IMG/VR virus record: IMGVR_UViG_3300049183_000003
Coordinates: 1-29,837 of that record
DNA length: 29,837 nucleotides
Direction: 5' to 3' (one strand)
Source: a virus
Lineage: Duplodnaviria; Caudoviricetes
Shown in pieces: positions 25,206 through 29,837 of the stretch. Under the pieces are notes generated by a model. That model was not told the DNA's origin and ran no database searches. It saw nothing but the letters and a program-made list of their open reading frames with translations. A program made the translations under genes and the position numbers. The stretch's first letter is position 1. Every line of letters begins with the position of its first letter.

Positions 25206-26152
25206 GGCTTCTCCCCAGGTGCGTGCCCGATGCCTGCGGCGAGGATGGCGCGGGCGAAGTGCCTCAGGTCGCCTGAGTGGACGGTCTGAAAGCCGCCGTC
25301 ATATCCGAGAGCGGTGCGGGCAACCTCCGCGATCTGCTCATCGGTCAGGCCCGACGCAGCCGTCAAGGATTGCTTGACCGCTGCCGGGGATGCGAGACGC
25401 CCGGCGTTGAGCATTGCAGCCAGTGCATCGCGGTCGTGCCACCCTCTCGCGTCGTTCGGCTTCCCGGTGGCCACGGGCTCGAACTCGACCAGCAAACTCG
25501 GGATGTGGTGCAGCGCTTCGCTGTCCCAACGGAAACCCGGGTCGAGTTTCGTGATGATCAGCGGCGCTACCTCGCCGACGCCGAGCGGGCCGTTGACGCC
25601 TTCTTCGGGGTACTCAGTGAAGTGCAGGTACAGGCCGGCGCCCATGGCCTCGCCTTCGGTGCTGGTGAAGGCTTCGCGGCGGGTGAGCGTCACCTCGGTT
25701 TCCGTGGCGTCGTCAGCGTTGGCGCCGCCTGCCGCCCCCAGCGCATCGGCCAACTCGCTGATCGTCAGCGTCAGCGTCTCGGCCTGGGGTGCGGCCTGTG
25801 CTGGTGTGGGATGGGTGGCGCGCCCGGCTTCGTATGCCTCTTTCAGAGCATCGAAAACGATGGCCGTAGTCCAGCGGCGTTCGCCGTTCGCCCTGCGGCG
25901 GTCCATGATGCTGTCGAGCCAGTTGGCAGGCACCCCCTCCTGCGCACCCGCTGCTGCGGGGGATGCGCACGATTCGACAGCAGGATGTGCGAGAGCAGCG
26001 CGGCGCTGGTCGATGATGTCTAGCACGCTGCCCTGGCGCACGACGTCGCGCCCGTCGATCGCGCCGACTCGCTTGATCGCGCAGATTGCGCGGCGCAGTT
26101 CTTCCAGCGCCTCGGCTACCGCGCCTTCGGCGCTACTGTTCTGTTCGCTCAC
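25202..26152 (-). CDS. Mosaic hypothetical early protein (316 aa)
   Basis: GTG at 26152 with AGGAG RBS and GTGA overlap; short domains joined by Ala/Pro linkers. Confidence 0.65.
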   Translation of the reverse strand: MSEQNSSAEGAVAEALEELRRAICAIKRVGAIDGRDVVRQGSVLDIIDQRRAALAHPAVESCASPAAAGAQEGVPANWLDSIMDRRRANGERRWTTAIVFDALKEAYEAGRATHPTPAQAAPQAETLTLTISELADALGAAGGANADDATETEVTLTRREAFTSTEGEAMGAGLYLHFTEYPEEGVNGPLGVGEVAPLIITKLDPGFRWDSEALHHIPSLLVEFEPVATGKPNDARGWHDRDALAAMLNAGRLASPAAVKQSLTAASGLTDEQIAEVARTALGYDGGFQTVHSGDLRHFARAILAAGIGHAPGEKP

Positions 26153-26505
26153 TGCGGATCTCCTGCGTTTGTGCTTGCTTCGGTTCGGCGACACCTGAAG
26201 CAGAGCGGGTCAGCTTTCGCTTCTTCGGCATCGCGCATGGAGGTGATGGCGGTCGTCTCCTGGGAGACTTCGCAACCGCATTGAGGGCACGGCCAGAGCA
26301 GTTCGATGGCATCGCTACCCCAGACGCGCGCGACAACTACGCCGCCAGCAAACCCGAGCCGCTCTGCGCCAGCGCCACAGCGTGTCGTGCAGGTCCCGCA
26401 GTGCTCGTGCCGATCGCCGTTGCGCGCTATCAGCCCGCCACCTATCTGGAGGCAGCGGCCGCCCAGGCTGCGCACGATGCGCTCATGGAGTTCAAAAAGG
26501 CTCAT
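26149..26505 (-). CDS. Hypothetical Cys-rich/Zn-finger protein (118 aa), uncertain
   Basis: CPQC...CFRC; overlap-coupled at both ends, but an antisense ORF in the same codon register is also open. Confidence 0.45.
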   Translation of the reverse strand: MSLFELHERIVRSLGGRCLQIGGGLIARNGDRHEHCGTCTTRCGAGAERLGFAGGVVVARVWGSDAIELLWPCPQCGCEVSQETTAITSMRDAEEAKADPLCFRCRRTEASTNAGDPQ

Positions 26506-26726
26506 GCCGCCCTCAGAGATTGAAGGGTGAAGCCCTTGGACGACAGGTTGAGGTCGGCTTCCATGTAGGCCCGGTCCTTGAGTTGTTGAGTGGTGAACCC
26601 GAACACGAGGAACGAGCCAAGCCATTGACCAGCGGAGGAAGAGAGTTCCACGACGGCTTGCCGCACAGCGCGACCGTTGATGATGGTGGTGTGGGAGAGG
26701 AGTTCGATGGTGGCGAAGGCGTTCAT
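26502..26726 (-). CDS. Hypothetical protein (74 aa) of divergent cassette
   Basis: GGAG RBS, ATG at 26726 (MNAFATIELL...), own promoter just upstream. Confidence 0.7.
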   Translation of the reverse strand: MNAFATIELLSHTTIINGRAVRQAVVELSSSAGQWLGSFLVFGFTTQQLKDRAYMEADLNLSSKGFTLQSLRAA

Positions 26727-26759
26727 GTGTTCTCTCCGGGGGGCTTGTTCGATGGCTTG

Positions 26760-26812
26760 ATTATGTGGCACGAAATCCAGCCTTGCAAGTCCTTTTTGTG
26801 GCGCGTTATCAT
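26760..26812. promoter_or_regulatory. Back-to-back sigma70 promoters sharing a palindromic -35
   Basis: TTGCAA at 26783-26788; plus strand -10 TATCAT at 26807-26812 (18-bp spacer); minus strand -10 CATAAT at 26765-26760 (17-bp spacer). Confidence 0.65.
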
Positions 26813-26818
26813 GTCGCC

Positions 26819-26992
26819 ATGAAATCCAAGCCACCACCGAAGCGCGGCCCCGGCCGTCCGCCAGTCCTTGAAGGCGAAGCCACCGTGACGATGAACATCC
26901 GCATGTCCGAGTCGCAGCGCGCGAAGGTCAAGCGCAACGGCGGCGGGGAGTGGGTGCGCAAGCTCATAGATCGCGCGAAGGAGCCGAAGTAG
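26819..26992 (+). CDS. Small DNA-binding protein, RHH/CopG-like with GRP arm (57 aa)
   Basis: MKSKPPPKRGPGRPP...TVTMNIRMSESQRAKVKRNGGGEWVRKLIDRA: basic arm, alternating beta strand, two helices. Only convincing plus-strand gene. Confidence 0.75.
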   Translation: MKSKPPPKRGPGRPPVLEGEATVTMNIRMSESQRAKVKRNGGGEWVRKLIDRAKEPK

Positions 26993-27221
26993 CTGCCTGA
27001 CGGGCTGAGTCAATGGCTGCGCGGCTTTCCTCGGTGTTGGGCGCGTCCCTGGCGGGACCGGGCTCTTGCCCTTCGGGTCGAGCCGCAAGCGTCTCGCTCG
27101 GCTTCGCCGACTGACGATCCCTCGCGCGAAGCCGGCGCAACTCTTCCAGCGCCTCAAGCGAATCTGCGTGCCCAAGCTCGGCCAGCAGCCGCTGCGTGCG
27201 AACGATTCGGCGGACATTCAC
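26964..27221 (-). CDS. Hypothetical protein (85 aa)
   Basis: GTGA overlap with upstream gene; 3' end overlaps the plus-strand RHH gene. Confidence 0.5.
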   Translation of the reverse strand: MNVRRIVRTQRLLAELGHADSLEALEELRRLRARDRQSAKPSETLAARPEGQEPGPARDAPNTEESRAAIDSARQAATSAPSRDL

Positions 27222-27418
27222 GGCTGGCTCCCGTCTTCAAGAAGACCGCGGTTGAACATGAAGCGGTCGATCGCCTCGATGGCGTCGCGCCGGCTACCGT
27301 AGTCGCCGCGGATGACCGTCTCGCCTTCGTCGTCCTCATAGCCCCAGTACCAGCCGCTGCGGGGCTCGTCGGGCGTCACCATTCCAGACGAGACGTAGTA
27401 GGGGTCGGGGCGCTTCAT
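27218..27418 (-). CDS. Hypothetical protein (66 aa)
   Basis: ATGA overlap; 'GWYW...GDYGSRRDAI' motif. Confidence 0.65.
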   Translation of the reverse strand: MKRPDPYYVSSGMVTPDEPRSGWYWGYEDDEGETVIRGDYGSRRDAIEAIDRFMFNRGLLEDGSQP

Positions 27419-27759
27419 GATGAACCGACCCGAGGCGCTGGCACTTCGCACGCCGCGTGAGCGATCGTCGGGAGCCCCGCGACCAGAGAGCGCGACGGCG
27501 CTTGCGCCGGCACGCCCGAGTCATTTGGCTGTTGGGCAATCGCTGCTTCGATGGTGGAGAGGGCTGCATCAATGAACCCTGTGTGCTCACGCCCGCGGAT
27601 CGCATACTTCGCGCCCTTCAGCGCCTCTCGGGCTACTACGAGGGCTGCGGTGGGGTCAGTCATGCCGTTCTCCGAATTGCGAAGCTTCGCAATGCCAAGT
27701 TCCATGCGGCCGACTGCTCGCCAGCCGGACGTGTCGATTGGTCGCGTTACCCGGCTCAT
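27415..27759 (-). CDS. Hypothetical protein (114 aa; alternative start 27663)
   Basis: ATGA overlap with the PAPS-reductase-like stop. Confidence 0.5.
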   Translation of the reverse strand: MSRVTRPIDTSGWRAVGRMELGIAKLRNSENGMTDPTAALVVAREALKGAKYAIRGREHTGFIDAALSTIEAAIAQQPNDSGVPAQAPSRSLVAGLPTIAHAACEVPAPRVGSS

Positions 27760-28493
27760 AGGCTGCACACCCGGCACGATTCCGTGCGCTTCGACTTCCT
27801 GATGGGCCGGCCGCTTGCGAACGCCTTGCCAAGCAACTCCAGCGACGCCGGCCAAGAATCGCGGCCGGAGCGCTCGGGGTTCCCTTTGGGGTCTGGCGAT
27901 CTGAAGGTGTGCCCGGTGGCAGCCTCCACCCGGACGCCTTCAGCGAAGCGCTCGGGGTGGTTCTGCCACAGCGACTTCCACTCGCCGATGCGCTGGTGGT
28001 AGCACACGGCGCAGTCAGTGCGCGCCGGGATCGTGACACCCATCTTTGCGAGGTAGCGCCACACGTCACCCTCGGTCCACCCCTGCTCACGAAGAGGAAA
28101 GCGGATGGTCAAGTCTTCGCCGTACAGGCCGCGCCTCTCTTCCTCGTCAGCCCGAAGCCCGACGTACAGCGTGGAGCCTTCTGGCAGACTCTCCATGTAC
28201 TCGATGGTCGGCTCGATCTTCAGAATGCGTGTACACCATCTGGCTTGGAAGTTCGGCAGCATCTGCTGCTCTTCGATCAGGCCCATCAGGTCGGTGGAGT
28301 GCCTGACGCGCTTGAGCGGCGAGCCAAGGATTCGCTCCAGGCGGCTCCAGTGCTCGACCATTTCAGGCAACTCGTTGCCTGTCTCGTTGCAGATGAATTC
28401 GTACTCTCTTGGCTCGTTCTCGACCAGCCACAAGGCCAGAGCGGTGGAGTCCTTGCCGCCCGAAAGGCCGACGACGTGCTTGGGGTCAGTCAT
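27756..28493 (-). CDS. PAPS-reductase family (PP-loop) protein, probable Fe-S enzyme (245 aa)
   Basis: VVGLSGGKDS PP-loop, ETGNELP, RWCT..LKI.P, VGLRADE..RR, FPL, CAVC and C-terminal CRVC. Confidence 0.9.
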   Translation of the reverse strand: MTDPKHVVGLSGGKDSTALALWLVENEPREYEFICNETGNELPEMVEHWSRLERILGSPLKRVRHSTDLMGLIEEQQMLPNFQARWCTRILKIEPTIEYMESLPEGSTLYVGLRADEEERRGLYGEDLTIRFPLREQGWTEGDVWRYLAKMGVTIPARTDCAVCYHQRIGEWKSLWQNHPERFAEGVRVEAATGHTFRSPDPKGNPERSGRDSWPASLELLGKAFASGRPIRKSKRTESCRVCSL

Positions 28494-28785
28494 GGGTGGC
28501 TCCAGTAGCGCGGCTGATGGCTACCAGCAGCGCTGCGAGGGCTGCGCGGCTTTGGTCGGTGTCTCGCAGATACCCGAACGTCGGCTGTCGGCCTTCGATG
28601 TGCTCGGCGACTCCACGGGCCGCTTCCAGCAAACCAGCCGCTTCAGTCGCACCACGTTTGCGCCCAAGCGCGTAGGACTTGTCCTGGAGGGCAATGGCGG
28701 CATCGTTGTGGCGGTCACAGAACTCGCTGTGCAACCGCTCGATCTCCTCGCGGTCCTCTGGATCGGGTGTGGTCTCGGTGGTCAC
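28486..28785 (-). CDS. Hypothetical protein (99 aa)
   Basis: GAGG RBS, GTGA overlap. Confidence 0.6.
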   Translation of the reverse strand: MTTETTPDPEDREEIERLHSEFCDRHNDAAIALQDKSYALGRKRGATEAAGLLEAARGVAEHIEGRQPTFGYLRDTDQSRAALAALLVAISRATGATHD

Positions 28786-29135
28786 GGCTTCACCTCACCA
28801 GCGCGCATGATCGAATCCATGTGCTCCCGGGCCAGCGCGCGGATTGCCTCCCGGCGCTCCTTGACGGACAGAATCTGCTTGATGTCCGTCGCAAGTTCCG
28901 CGGCCATGTGGTTGACGATGCGGTCGGCCAATTCGGACTCCAGGCGCTCGGTGATTTGCGCCTGCAGCTTCTTGGCATCGACCAGGCGCCAGCATTCCGC
29001 CAGCCATTCCAACGGCACCTTCAGGCGGGCCTCGTAGTTCGGCATCAGCCATCCGCCGCTCTGGATGAACTGCAGAACAGCCTTCTCAGCAGCGGCCTTG
29101 ACCTGCTGCTCGAATTCACTGGGGGTGGTGGTCAA
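28782..29135 (-). CDS. Hypothetical helical protein (117 aa)
   Basis: GAGGAG RBS before TTG start. Confidence 0.7.
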   Translation of the reverse strand: MTTTPSEFEQQVKAAAEKAVLQFIQSGGWLMPNYEARLKVPLEWLAECWRLVDAKKLQAQITERLESELADRIVNHMAAELATDIKQILSVKERREAIRALAREHMDSIMRAGEVKP

Positions 29136-29206
29136 TGGGATCTCCTCAATTGGTCAGTCTCGATACACCGCGGGCTGCTCAGTCCGAGACGCCCGCGGCG
29201 GCCAGG

Positions 29207-29837
29207 TCAGGCCGCCCGCTGCAGCGCTTGGCCATTCGCTGCGATGGCATGCAACATGGCGAGCTGCTGAAGCTTCTGCGCACGCGCCAGGCGATACCTC
29301 TTGTGGCCCAGATGCTTCGGCTCTGGCACTGGGCGCGGCGCGTCCTTGCGGCCAATCCCGACCTGGTAGAGCGCAGACGGCTTACCGCCGTGCAGCCGCC
29401 GCTCCCAGTCGGCGATGAACAGGAACCCAATCTGGTGCGCATGCCGGATCAGGGCCAGCGCGCTGTTGTAGTGAATGCCAACCGCCTCCGACAGCCCCCG
29501 CACTCCAATCGGCTCGGACAGCGCACGCAAGATCGCTGCAAGCGTTGTCACCTCAGGGGAGGTCTTGACCCTCGTCATCAGCACAGAGGGGTGACGGCTT
29601 GGCTGGCCGGTCGACCGGCACAACGGGCGCGGCACGTCGGCCTGCGGCGGATAGGTGTAGACCGGCGCCAGCGAATTGCGCAGGCCGCAGCGGCCCCATG
29701 TGGCGATGCTCACGATGCCGAGGTCGCGCATGCGCCGGAGCAGTCGGCGGGCCCAGCACGGGCTCAGGCCGTGCCGCGACGCAACGGTCATGCAGTTCGC
29801 CGGTTCGTCGGCCAGGCCGCGCAGGATGTCCACGTAG
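29207..29837 (-). CDS. Tandem winged-HTH DNA-binding protein (5' end probably outside window)
   Basis: Two similar units (helix-helix...G.v.Ia.W.R....a.Y....D.PRP); frame stays open to the window edge. Confidence 0.65.
   Translation of the reverse strand, partial: YVDILRGLADEPANCMTVASRHGLSPCWARRLLRRMRDLGIVSIATWGRCGLRNSLAPVYTYPPQADVPRPLCRSTGQPSRHPSVLMTRVKTSPEVTTLAAILRALSEPIGVRGLSEAVGIHYNSALALIRHAHQIGFLFIADWERRLHGGKPSALYQVGIGRKDAPRPVPEPKHLGHKRYRLARAQKLQQLAMLHAIAANGQALQRAA

Noticed and set aside
1-29837. tRNA, rRNA, CRISPR array, integrase/att site, IS element
   Set aside because: None recognised by eye; lifestyle (prophage versus free phage) cannot be determined from this window.

Overview
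The whole window is a GC-rich tailed phage or prophage segment. The host is probably a Gram-negative bacterium (spanins present); Betaproteobacteria is only my inference. Almost all genes lie on the minus strand and are tightly coupled by ATGA/GTGA/TGATG overlaps. In transcription order (right to left): an early/accessory cluster of small genes (tandem wHTH protein, PAPS-reductase-family enzyme, a divergently transcribed RHH-like cassette); a probable late promoter with a structured leader and terminator; a lysis cassette (holin, M15 peptidase endolysin, a secreted protein, Rz/Rz1 spanins, an unannotated 28-aa membrane peptide); TerS, TerL, HNH; portal, scaffold, N4-gp56-type major capsid protein; a podovirus-style tail (adaptor, nozzle, fibre, chaperone); and an internal/ejection-protein operon. 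The most unusual part is the ejection operon. It interleaves a GNAT acyltransferase and an HslV/proteasome-beta-like Ntn hydrolase among low-complexity proteins that share short motifs (two start with an identical MAGMID encoded inside a 23-nt exact DNA repeat). This suggests a dedicated tagging or processing system for ejected proteins. All calls come from motif recognition by eye; no searches were run.
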